Assembly: GCA_036522235.1 (NCBI GenBank)
Contig: DATDGG010000191.1
Span: 5,466-69,465, forward strand
Direction: 5' to 3'
Length of the DNA stretch: 64,000 bases
Source of the DNA: Xanthobacteraceae bacterium
GTDB taxonomy: Bacteria > Pseudomonadota > Alphaproteobacteria > Rhizobiales > Xanthobacteraceae
The position numbers and the translations under genes were made by a program. The notes under the pieces are model-generated. The model had not been told where the DNA came from and did no database searches. It saw only the letters and a list, made by a program, of their open reading frames with translations. Below are positions 35,527 through 43,961 of the stretch, piece after piece (position 1 is the first letter of the stretch; each line of letters begins with the position of its first letter).

Positions 35527-35722
35527 CGGTTTCCGGCTTCAAGAACGTCAGCTCATCGGGAATCCTGACGTTTCTTCGTAGGTTGGGCGGGGCACAAGCG
35601 CAGATGCCCCTCGTGCCTCGCTACGCTGTGACACGCTGCCGGAAACTCTTCCCATCCAAACGGGTGCCGACACGCGGCACTGTGAGTGTTGTCGTGTCGA
35701 TCCACTCGCGACAAAAGTCGCA
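35527..35722 (+). ncRNA. Candidate structured leader element, copy B (xoxF 5' region)
   Basis: TTTCCGGC (35530-37) pairs with GCCGGAAA (35638-45), enclosing (C)GTCAG/CTGAC(G) and GGGGCA/TGCCCC hairpins. GCGAC-aaaa-GTCGC at 35708-21 ends 1 nt before the SD GGGAGG. Confidence 0.45.
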
Positions 35723-35733
35723 GGGAGGTCTTG

Positions 35734-37542
35734 ATGCGCAATTTTCTGCTCACAACCTGCTTCAGCGCCGCCGCAGTGTTCACTGCGAGCGCCGCTCTTG
35801 CCAACGACGAACTGATTCGAATGTCGCAGAACCCGAAAGATTGGGTGATGCCGACAGGAAACTACGCCAACCACCGCTATTCCGAGCTCAAGCAGATCAA
35901 CGCTCAAAATGTCGGGAAGCTGCAGGTGGCATGGACATTCTCGACCGGCGTCCTGCGTGGTCACGAAGGCGGGCCGCTGGTGATCGGCGATGTGATGTAT
36001 GTCCATGGTCCGTTCCCGAACCCGGTCTTCGCACTGGACCTGAACAACGACGGCAAGATCCTCTGGAAGTACGAGCCCAAGCAGGATCCCAATGTCATTC
36101 CCGTCATGTGTTGCGATACGGTCAATCGCGGCCTCGCGTATGCCGACGGGAAGATCTTTCTGCATCAGGCCGATACCTCGCTGATCGCGCTCGATGCCAA
36201 GACCGGAAAGGTCGTCTGGCAGGCCAAGAACGGCGATCCGTCGAAAGGCGAGACCGGCACGTCGGCCCCCGTCGTGATCAAGGACAAAGTCCTGGTCGGC
36301 ATCTCGGGCGGCGAGTTCGGGGTGGCATGTCACGTGACCGCCTACGATCTCAAGACCGGCAAGCAAGTGTGGCGGGGCTCCTCGCAGGGCTCGGACGACC
36401 TGCTGCTCGTTGACCCCGAGAAGACCACCGAACTCGGCAAGCCGATCGGCAAGGATTCGAGCCTGAAGACCTGGCAGGGCGATCAGTGGAAGACCGGCGG
36501 TGGCTGCACCTGGGGCTGGATTTCCTACGATCCCCAGCTGAACCTCATCTACTATGGTTCGGGCAACCCCTCGACCTGGAATCCGAAACAGCGCCCCGGC
36601 GATAACAAGTGGTCGATGACCATTTGGGCGCGCGACCCTGACACCGGAATGGCCAAGTGGGTCTATCAGATGACGCCCCATGACGAATGGGACTTCGACG
36701 GCGTCAATGAGATGATCCTCGCCGACCAGAACATCGGCAACGCCATGCGCAAGACTCTCGTTCACTTCGATCGAAACGGCTTCGCCTATACGCTCGACCG
36801 CACGAACGGAGAGTTGCTGGTAGCCGAGAAATTCGACCCGAAGGTCAACTGGGCCACCAAGATCGACATGGACAAGAATTCGAAGACCTACGGTCGCCCG
36901 CAGGTCGTCTCCCAGTACTCCACCGAGCAGAATGGTCCGGACGTAAACACGAAGGGCATCTGCCCGGCGGCACTCGGCAGCAAAGACGAGCAGCCGGCAG
37001 CCTTTTCACCATCCACCGGTCTGTTCTACGTGCCGACCAACCACGTCTGCATGGACTATGAGCCGTTCCGGGTGAGCTACACGGCGGGCCAGCCCTATGT
37101 CGGGGCGACGCTGTCGATGTATCCGCCTTCCGGTGACACCCACATGGGGAACTTCGTTGCCTGGGATGCGCGCACCGGCAAGGTCGCGTGGTCGAACAAA
37201 GAACAGTTCTCGGTCTGGTCGGGTGCTCTGGCGACCGCCGGCGATGTCGTCTTTTACGGAACGCTCGAAGGCTATCTCAAGGCGGTTGATGCCAAGACCG
37301 GCAAGGAACTCTACAAGTTCAAGACGCCGTCCGGCATCATCGGCAACGTGACGACCTATGAGCACGGCGGCCGGCAATACATCGCGATCCTGTCCGGCGT
37401 CGGCGGCTGGGCTGGTATCGGTCTCGCGGCGGGACTGACGAATCCGACCGACGGCCTGGGTGCTGTCGGTGGCTATGCTGCCCTGCGCAATTACACGTCG
37501 TTGGGCGGCCAGCTCACGGTGTTTGCGCTGCCGGCAAACTGA
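35734..37542 (+). CDS. xoxF: Lanthanide-type PQQ methanol dehydrogenase XoxF
   Basis: Signal peptide [23 protein letters not shown]. Vicinal CC (VMCCDTV). [12 protein letters not shown] carries the extra Asp (codon 36697-36699) that marks XoxF rather than MxaF (DYAG). Eight-blade PQQ propeller throughout. Confidence 0.96.
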   Translation: MRNFLLTTCFSAAAVFTASAALANDELIRMSQNPKDWVMPTGNYANHRYSELKQINAQNVGKLQVAWTFSTGVLRGHEGGPLVIGDVMYVHGPFPNPVFALDLNNDGKILWKYEPKQDPNVIPVMCCDTVNRGLAYADGKIFLHQADTSLIALDAKTGKVVWQAKNGDPSKGETGTSAPVVIKDKVLVGISGGEFGVACHVTAYDLKTGKQVWRGSSQGSDDLLLVDPEKTTELGKPIGKDSSLKTWQGDQWKTGGGCTWGWISYDPQLNLIYYGSGNPSTWNPKQRPGDNKWSMTIWARDPDTGMAKWVYQMTPHDEWDFDGVNEMILADQNIGNAMRKTLVHFDRNGFAYTLDRTNGELLVAEKFDPKVNWATKIDMDKNSKTYGRPQVVSQYSTEQNGPDVNTKGICPAALGSKDEQPAAFSPSTGLFYVPTNHVCMDYEPFRVSYTAGQPYVGATLSMYPPSGDTHMGNFVAWDARTGKVAWSNKEQFSVWSGALATAGDVVFYGTLEGYLKAVDAKTGKELYKFKTPSGIIGNVTTYEHGGRQYIAILSGVGGWAGIGLAAGLTNPTDGLGAVGGYAALRNYTSLGGQLTVFALPAN

Positions 37543-37602
37543 TCCGGCCGGTCGCGAGCCGAAAACGGACTGACCCTCGGCGCGCTGCCGCAAGGTGCGC
37601 CA

Positions 37603-37628
37603 CCCAAGTCGGCGTCAGCCGACTTGGG
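37603..37628 (+). promoter_or_regulatory. Intercistronic stem-loop between xoxF and xoxG
   Basis: Perfect 11-bp stem CCCAAGTCGGC-gtca-GCCGACTTGGG. No following T-run. Confidence 0.5.
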
Positions 37629-37715
37629 GAGGGTAAGTTGCCGATGTCGGGCGAGCCCCGCATCGGCGCAGTCCCTCGGGAATTCGGCTGCGACGCACGA
37701 TCAACGCAAAAGGAT

Positions 37716-38240
37716 ATGACCGTGAGATGTCTTGTTGTGGCGATTGCGTTGGCCGCAGGGGCGTTTGTCGTCGGCGTCGGCACTGCATCGGCTGATGGCT
37801 CCGGCGATCCGGCAGCTGTCAGAAACGGGGACGGAAAATACTACGACAAAGAAGGCAATCCGACCTACCGGGTGCAGACCGACGGAACGGTGGATTGGTA
37901 CACGTATTCAGGGTTCCGTCGCTATCACTCGGACTGCCATGTTTGTCACGGTCCAGACGGTGAAGGATCGACTTACGCTCCGGCGCTCAGCAATTCGCTG
38001 AAGACGATGCGGTTCTCGGATTTCCTCAGCACCGTGTTCAACGGCCGGAAGAACGTCAACACGGCGCAGGAGAACGTCATGCCATCGTTCGGCAAAAATC
38101 CGAACGTCATTTGTTATATCGACGACATATTCGTCTATCTCCGAGCCCGCGCCAACGGCGTCGTTCCTCGCGGCCGGCCGCAGCAGCACGAGGACAAGCC
38201 CGAATCGGCCACCAAGGCAGAGAACGCCTGCTCGGGCTGA
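37716..38240 (+). CDS. xoxG: Cytochrome c (cL-like) XoxG
   Basis: Signal peptide MTVRCLVVAIALAAGAFVVGVGTASA. Single CHVCH heme motif. Position after xoxF. Confidence 0.88.
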   Translation: MTVRCLVVAIALAAGAFVVGVGTASADGSGDPAAVRNGDGKYYDKEGNPTYRVQTDGTVDWYTYSGFRRYHSDCHVCHGPDGEGSTYAPALSNSLKTMRFSDFLSTVFNGRKNVNTAQENVMPSFGKNPNVICYIDDIFVYLRARANGVVPRGRPQQHEDKPESATKAENACSG

Positions 38241-38283
38241 AAAACTGAATGCTGCCGCGTCAACGCGATAGGAGGTCAAGGCC

Positions 38284-39168
38284 TTGGCGAAATGCGCTAT
38301 GGATTTGTTGCCGTTGAGCTTGTGCATCGTTTGCACGGCAGCCGCAGGCTCGTCTGTGTCTGGAAAGCTGTTCGCGCAGGCGCTCGAGCGCCCGGAGTCG
38401 TCGATCGAGGTTATTGATCCCAAGGTGCTGAGAGTTTGCGCCGACCCGCACAACATGCCTTTTTCGACCGACAAGGGAGAAGGTTTTGAAAACAAGCTCG
38501 TTGAGTTGCTCGCCGAGAAGCTCGGCAAGGGCATTTCATATACCTGGTATCCTCAGGCACCGGGCTTTGTGCGCAATACGCTCGCCGCGCGAAAATGCGA
38601 TCTCATCATGGGTGCCCCGCAAGGGGATGATCTGATCCAGGTCACCAACCCGTATTACCGAACCGCCTATGCGCTGGTGGTCAAGCAGGGCAGCGGTCTG
38701 GAGGGCGTGGAAACCATCGAGGATCCGCGCCTCAAGGGCAGGCGCATCGGTGTCGTGGCCGGGACGCCCCCGGCAAACAACATGGTAACGAACGGCCTCA
38801 TGGCCAACGCGAAACCCTACCCGCTCGTTGTCGACACCCGCGTCGATTCGTCCGCCGCAGCCATGCTGCATGATCTCGCAACGGCGGAGATTGACGCCGG
38901 CATCCTTTGGGGACCGATGGCAGGCTACTACGCACGGCAGGCGAGTTACGCGATGATGGTCGTGCCGCTGGTCAAGGAAACGACCGGTCCGCGCCTTGTG
39001 TACCGCATCGCGATGGGCGTGCGTTTCACCGATCAGGAGTGGAAGCGCTCGCTCAATCGGCAGATTGCGCAGAACCAGCCGGCCATCAACAAGCTCCTGC
39101 TTGGCTTCGGTGTGCCGCTGCTTGACGAGAACGATCGACCGATCACCGGCGATTCCATCAAAAAGTAG
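38284..39168 (+). CDS. xoxJ: MxaJ/XoxJ-like periplasmic binding protein
   Basis: TTG at 38284 is 7 nt after GGAGG. LRVCADPHNMPFS...CDLIMG pattern of quinoprotein-dehydrogenase-associated SBP-3 proteins. Confidence 0.88.
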   Translation: MAKCAMDLLPLSLCIVCTAAAGSSVSGKLFAQALERPESSIEVIDPKVLRVCADPHNMPFSTDKGEGFENKLVELLAEKLGKGISYTWYPQAPGFVRNTLAARKCDLIMGAPQGDDLIQVTNPYYRTAYALVVKQGSGLEGVETIEDPRLKGRRIGVVAGTPPANNMVTNGLMANAKPYPLVVDTRVDSSAAAMLHDLATAEIDAGILWGPMAGYYARQASYAMMVVPLVKETTGPRLVYRIAMGVRFTDQEWKRSLNRQIAQNQPAINKLLLGFGVPLLDENDRPITGDSIKK

Positions 39169-39209
39169 GCAATGTTTCCGGATTGCGGGCGTAACGCGTC
39201 CCGTGAGCT

Positions 39210-39824
39210 TCACTCGAGCGAGTGTTGGATTTCACGGGCCAGCGCAAACAAGCGTTGCTCGACGAGAACCGGCACCTCGCAGACATAGCCGATCGTCTTG
39301 CGCCGCTCCTCGAAGATGCGCGTATCCCACTCGATGCGGCTGGCCATTTCGTCGACTCTACTCTGGTCGCGATCAACCGCATCGTGAAGGTCACGAAGTT
39401 GGAGCGTCTCGGAGCGAATATCGTCGGCGAGTTTTTTTTGCTGTCGAAAAAAGCGCTCGATGCCGTTCATTATCTGGCTACGTTCCTGATTGAGGGAGTT
39501 GAATAGTCCTGCAAAAATGAGCTTCGCCTTTTGCTGCCGCTCCGCTGCGCTGCCGTCGATGAAGTCTGAAATTGCCTTCTCGGCTTCCTTGAGCGGCGTG
39601 CGCCGCGAGGCAAGACGCGCGACGAGATCGCTGATGGCCGGGTCCTGCCGCCAAGCGTTCTCGACGTCATCGATGGATGGACCTGCCCACACGGCGGCGA
39701 CCGAGATTTCCGGCACCTTGATCTGAACGCACGGCCAGTCGGGAAAACGCGGATCGGCGGCCAGGGCGACGCCCCTCAAGGCGACCTCCAAGACAATGGC
39801 CATGAAAAGGTACGAACACCTCAT
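39210..39824 (-). CDS. Hypothetical exported coiled-coil protein, translationally coupled to the ABC permease
   Basis: ATGA overlap with the permease stop (39821-39824). Signal-like MRCSYLFMAIVLEVALRGVALAA. Helical, charged C-terminal half. No family recognised. Confidence 0.6.
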   Translation of the reverse strand: MRCSYLFMAIVLEVALRGVALAADPRFPDWPCVQIKVPEISVAAVWAGPSIDDVENAWRQDPAISDLVARLASRRTPLKEAEKAISDFIDGSAAERQQKAKLIFAGLFNSLNQERSQIMNGIERFFRQQKKLADDIRSETLQLRDLHDAVDRDQSRVDEMASRIEWDTRIFEERRKTIGYVCEVPVLVEQRLFALAREIQHSLE

Positions 39825-40675
39825 ACGCCGCCTCCGGGCTCGCCGCGGCGCGCAAGAAATCCGCGTGACGGATCGTAGGCGAGGATCGCGCCCACCATGA
39901 ACAGCGCCGTGCATCCACCAACAACCGCAAGCGAGACCCAATTGACCTCGCCGTAAAGTGCGAAGCGGACAAGCTCGACCGCGTGGGTGAACGGGTTGAG
40001 TTCGCATATATAATAAAGCAGCGGGCTTCCTTCCCTCACGCGCCACAGCGGATAAAGTGCCGACGAGGCAAAGAACATAGGGAAGATCACAAAATTCATT
40101 GCGCCGGCAAAATTCTCAAGCTGCTTGCTGACTGATGACATGAGCATGCCCAGCGCGCCCAACATTAGACCTGACAGGACTAAAGCCGGCAATGCGGTGA
40201 TATATCCAAGGAGTGGCGGCTCGATTTCCCAGAACCATGCAATGGCGAGGAATGTATAGACCTGCGGTAACCCCACCGCCATGCCGGCCACGAGCTTCGA
40301 CGAAAGGAGAAACCACCGCGGCAATGGACTCACGAGAAGCGTGCGCATGTTGCCCATTTCGCGATCCCAGACCATGGACAACGACGACTGCATTCCGTTG
40401 AATAGCTGGATCAGCAGGATCAATCCGGGCGTGATGTAAACTTCATAGAGCACATAGGTCTCGTAGGGCGGTATGATGGACACGCCGAGCACCTGCCGGA
40501 AACCGGTAGCGAAAATAAAGAGCCACACCAGCGGGCGCACGAGCGCGGCCACAAAGCGTTCGCGTTGGTGCAAGAAGCGCAGACCCTCCCGCCAAACGAT
40601 CCCCTCGAGGCAGATCGCGTATTGGATCGGCGAGAAGCCGGTAAGCCGCGAGGAACTGGCCAGGTCAACGGTCAT
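39821..40675 (-). CDS. ABC-2 type permease (PedC/alcohol-ABC type)
   Basis: 284 aa with about 6 TM segments. ABC-2 layout. ATGA overlap with the ATPase gene. Confidence 0.9.
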   Translation of the reverse strand: MTVDLASSSRLTGFSPIQYAICLEGIVWREGLRFLHQRERFVAALVRPLVWLFIFATGFRQVLGVSIIPPYETYVLYEVYITPGLILLIQLFNGMQSSLSMVWDREMGNMRTLLVSPLPRWFLLSSKLVAGMAVGLPQVYTFLAIAWFWEIEPPLLGYITALPALVLSGLMLGALGMLMSSVSKQLENFAGAMNFVIFPMFFASSALYPLWRVREGSPLLYYICELNPFTHAVELVRFALYGEVNWVSLAVVGGCTALFMVGAILAYDPSRGFLARRGEPGGGV

Positions 40676-41451
40676 GAGGCCTCGGGTGCGGATTGCGATG
40701 GAACTCCTTGCGTCAACCGGGTGAAAGCTGCGCGGAGATCTTGGGCGCCTGCGACCTCCAGCAGGCGTGCGACCGAGCCGTGCTCAAGCACCCGCCCTTG
40801 GTGCAGGACGATGACGTCGTCATCATCCGAGACTTCGTCGATGAGATGCGTGGCCCAGAGCACGGAGACGCCGTCGTCGACGATAAGTCGGCGTACATGG
40901 TCGAGGATATCGGCCCTCGAGTTGATGTCGAGGCCTACCGTTGGCTCGTCGAGCACGAGCAGGCGCGGCCGATGCAACAGCGCCCGGGCAATCTCGACAC
41001 GCCGCATCTGGCCGCCGGACAAGCTACGCACCTTGTCTTGCGCACGGTCCGACAGCGCAACACGCGCGAGCACATCATCGGCGCGCGCGCGGGCTTCCTT
41101 CTTGCCGATGCCGTGCAGAGCTGCATGATACCTCAAGTTCTGGATGACGGAGAGATCGAGGTCGAGCGTGCGCGGCTGGAATACGACGCCGACCATTCGC
41201 AATGCCTCGCTCGACGCACGTCCGACATCGTGACCGAAAATCCGGATGCGGCCGCGCTGGATGGCGTAGAGACGCATCATGAGCGAGAACAACGTGCTTT
41301 TTCCCGCCCCGTTGAGGCCGAGCAGAACCGCGAAGGTCGATGGCGCAATAGAGCAGCTCACATCGTCGAGCGCCTGGCGAGCGCCGTAGAAATGGCTCAC
41401 GCTCTCGATCATGACGGCAGGCGGCGTGACCGCCTTCATTCCGTGCATCAT
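40672..41451 (-). CDS. ABC transporter ATP-binding protein (PQQ-dehydrogenase-associated type)
   Basis: Walker A GLNGAGKST, signature LSGGQMRR, Walker B LLVLDEPT. Start taken at MMHGMK (41451); the ORF is open to 41550. Confidence 0.92.
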   Translation of the reverse strand: MMHGMKAVTPPAVMIESVSHFYGARQALDDVSCSIAPSTFAVLLGLNGAGKSTLFSLMMRLYAIQRGRIRIFGHDVGRASSEALRMVGVVFQPRTLDLDLSVIQNLRYHAALHGIGKKEARARADDVLARVALSDRAQDKVRSLSGGQMRRVEIARALLHRPRLLVLDEPTVGLDINSRADILDHVRRLIVDDGVSVLWATHLIDEVSDDDDVIVLHQGRVLEHGSVARLLEVAGAQDLRAAFTRLTQGVPSQSAPEAS

Positions 41452-41554
41452 GCCGGCCTCCGGTCCTGCCGATGCTCGCCGAGGAACAACCGACAGCCAC
41501 ATTTGCAAACAATCAAATCGCTCCTTCGACCAGCGTGAAGTAGGCGACACGATG

Positions 41555-42523
41555 TCACTGCCGCGAGATCGCGACGCCCCAAGGCAGCTCGCCCACCTGG
41601 ATCGTCTTGACGACTTTGAGGCTGGCGACGTCGATGATAGACACGTCGTTCGAAACGCCGTTGGTCGTCAGAAGCAATTTCTCGTCCGGGGTGAACGCCA
41701 TGTGCCAAACCCGCTGGCCGACCAACAGGTATTTCTGAACCTCATGGGTGGCACCGTTGATGACGGCGACACGATTGGCAGGACCGAGCGCCACAAATCC
41801 GGTCTTGCCGTCCCGGGTGATGCTGATCCCGACGGCCTGGATGGCTTCCTTGCGCAGCCCAGCTATATCGAAGGTGATCTTCTTCGTCACCTGGTGCTTG
41901 ACCGGGTCGATGACGCTGACCGTTCCGCCGACTTCGGACGAAACCCAAAGCTCGGAGCCGTCACGTTTGAACTCCGCGAAACGGGGGCGCGAATCGACAA
42001 GCACATTGGCGACAATCTGGCGCGTTTCGGTGTCGATGAAATGCGCCATGTTGGTCGTCTCGGACGTGTTGACCAGGATCTTGCCGTCCGGACTGATGCC
42101 CATGCCTTCCGGCTCGACTCCAACCTGCACCTCGCCAAGCGGAACGCGTTTCTCCATGTCAATGATCGTGACGGTATTATCGTTCTCGTTGGCGACATAG
42201 AGGATCTTGCCGGTCGGATCCTGGGTGAAGAGCTCGGGATCGGGGCCCGACGGCAGCGTGGCGACGATCTCGTGCGTATTCGTATCGATCATTTGAATCG
42301 TATCGTCATCGCCAACCGCAACCAGGATGAACTTTCCATCCTTTGTCAATTCGATGCCGCGCGGTCTTTGGCCGACCTTGATGGTCTTGACGAGCGCGAG
42401 CTTGTCCACATCGATCACGCTGATCGTGTTGCTCTTCTCGTTCGAAATATAGGCGATGACGGCGCCCGCTTGAGTGCCGAGCAAGATGAAGAGGCCAGTA
42501 CCGAGCAGGGTGGCGCGCCACAT
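41555..42523 (-). CDS. YVTN-type beta-propeller repeat protein (PQQ-catabolism-associated)
   Basis: Signal peptide. Repeated ~40-aa units (YISNEKSNTISVIDV..., YVANENDNTVTIIDM..., LTTNGVSNDVSIIDV...). Confidence 0.9.
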   Translation of the reverse strand: MWRATLLGTGLFILLGTQAGAVIAYISNEKSNTISVIDVDKLALVKTIKVGQRPRGIELTKDGKFILVAVGDDDTIQMIDTNTHEIVATLPSGPDPELFTQDPTGKILYVANENDNTVTIIDMEKRVPLGEVQVGVEPEGMGISPDGKILVNTSETTNMAHFIDTETRQIVANVLVDSRPRFAEFKRDGSELWVSSEVGGTVSVIDPVKHQVTKKITFDIAGLRKEAIQAVGISITRDGKTGFVALGPANRVAVINGATHEVQKYLLVGQRVWHMAFTPDEKLLLTTNGVSNDVSIIDVASLKVVKTIQVGELPWGVAISRQ

Positions 42524-42544
42524 TCTTGTCTTCCCCGTGGTCGG

Positions 42545-43723
42545 TTATTTGAGCTTGCACTTGCTCTCGGGCCGGTCGAATCCCAGCGTGTCCAGCTCTG
42601 ATACCTGATGCAGAAATCCTTCCTGTGGCGACACCGAAACGATCATCCTGCCGTCGGTCAGAAGGATGGGTTGGCGAAGTTGAAGATTCCAGTCTCGTAG
42701 CGTCAACCGCTGGCCTTTGAATGCGGCCAATGCGAATTCGGGGCCTTTGAGGAATTCGAGCATGACCTTTGGATCGGCCGAACCGGTTCGGGACGTGCTC
42801 TCGCCGATCATGCGCACCGCCGACCACGCCTGCATGTCGCGCGCGCTCATGCGCCGCGAGAACATTTTGACGAACCGGTCCTGCAGCTGCACCGCTCCCC
42901 ACTGGTCGTGAGAGGGATCCCAGCTGGTCGGGACCAGGCCCGCGGACCCGGCGACCGGTCTCGCATCCCAGGTCCGGTACGGCAGATAGGCCGCGAAGAC
43001 CTCATTCTCGTCCGCCGCCACCAGGACATCGTAGGCGGCTCCGACTTGCGTGAACACCGGCAGTTGGCGTTGAATCTGGACGACGCCGCTGTCGGTCCTG
43101 CGCGCCCCGCCGGTATCCTCGAAGACTTTCTCCTGAACAATTCGGGCCCCGAACCGCTTGGCTGCCCGTCGCAGCGCATCGGCATAGAGCCGGTCCTCGG
43201 CATGGGAGCCGACGATCAGCAGCCATCTGCGCCACTGTTTCCAGACCAGGTACTGTGCCAGTCCGTCGGCAAGCATCGATCGTGTTGGAGCGGTATGAAT
43301 CACGTTGGCACGGCAGTCCTCTTCGCGCAATCGATCGTCGATAGCGCCGACATTGAAGAAGAGGAGACCGCGCGGCGCCCCGGCATCGGCGGCCTTGAGG
43401 AGCGCGTCCGCCGGAAGATCGGCGATCACCAGCGAGGAGTCGCGCTCCGCCAATGCAATGCCCGCGGCTGCCGCATCGTCGGCTTCGGCGAGCCGTCGAT
43501 CCTCCAGCGAGAATTCCTGATTCAGGAACTTGCCGGTCGTGTTGTTGTCGTTGATTGCAAGCTGCGCGCCGGCGAGCCCGTCGTTTGCTGCCGGTATCTG
43601 GATCAGCGAGAGAGCGAGCTTCGGTTCCCAGTGCCGAAGATAGCCGACCCTGATTTCGGCAGCATCGGCTGAGGCTGATGTCCAGGCCAGGAGTATGATT
43701 CCGGCTGACAGGACGCGCATCAA
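42545..43723 (-). CDS. Periplasmic substrate-binding protein (LivJ-like, PQQ-dehydrogenase-system type)
   Basis: Signal peptide MMRVLSAGIILLAWTSASA. Type-I SBP fold pattern. First gene of the operon. Confidence 0.88.
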   Translation of the reverse strand: MMRVLSAGIILLAWTSASADAAEIRVGYLRHWEPKLALSLIQIPAANDGLAGAQLAINDNNTTGKFLNQEFSLEDRRLAEADDAAAAGIALAERDSSLVIADLPADALLKAADAGAPRGLLFFNVGAIDDRLREEDCRANVIHTAPTRSMLADGLAQYLVWKQWRRWLLIVGSHAEDRLYADALRRAAKRFGARIVQEKVFEDTGGARRTDSGVVQIQRQLPVFTQVGAAYDVLVAADENEVFAAYLPYRTWDARPVAGSAGLVPTSWDPSHDQWGAVQLQDRFVKMFSRRMSARDMQAWSAVRMIGESTSRTGSADPKVMLEFLKGPEFALAAFKGQRLTLRDWNLQLRQPILLTDGRMIVSVSPQEGFLHQVSELDTLGFDRPESKCKLK

Positions 43724-43921
43724 CGAGGCGCTCCGGTTGAGGTCGCCCGCAAGCCCGATGAAACCGTCATTCTTTGTTTAAATGATGATCTCGTTCGCGT
43801 AAGCTGTCGATCGGTCTTGCGACGCGGGATGCGGCGGATGACCAATTGCCAGCGCGTCGAGCGACCAGGAAGGCACGACAGGCAGCTCGCCTGAAGGCTT
43901 GGAGCTGCCATGAGCCGGGCT

Positions 43922-43941
43922 GCAGGTATTGTACTACCTGC
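43922..43941 (+). promoter_or_regulatory. Perfect 7-6-7 palindrome upstream of the fusion gene
   Basis: GCAGGTA-ttgtac-TACCTGC, 21-40 nt upstream of the ATG at 43962. Confidence 0.35.
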
Positions 43942-43961
43942 ACGGGTTGCGGAGCGCCACG

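Noticed and set aside
35418-36413. ATG at 35418 with a GAGG SD, opening a 331-aa ORF that runs through the xoxF leader into xoxF.
   Set aside because: It reads xoxF out of frame and its product is Arg-rich nonsense. The apparent SD is just the last unit of the GAGAGGTATC repeat.
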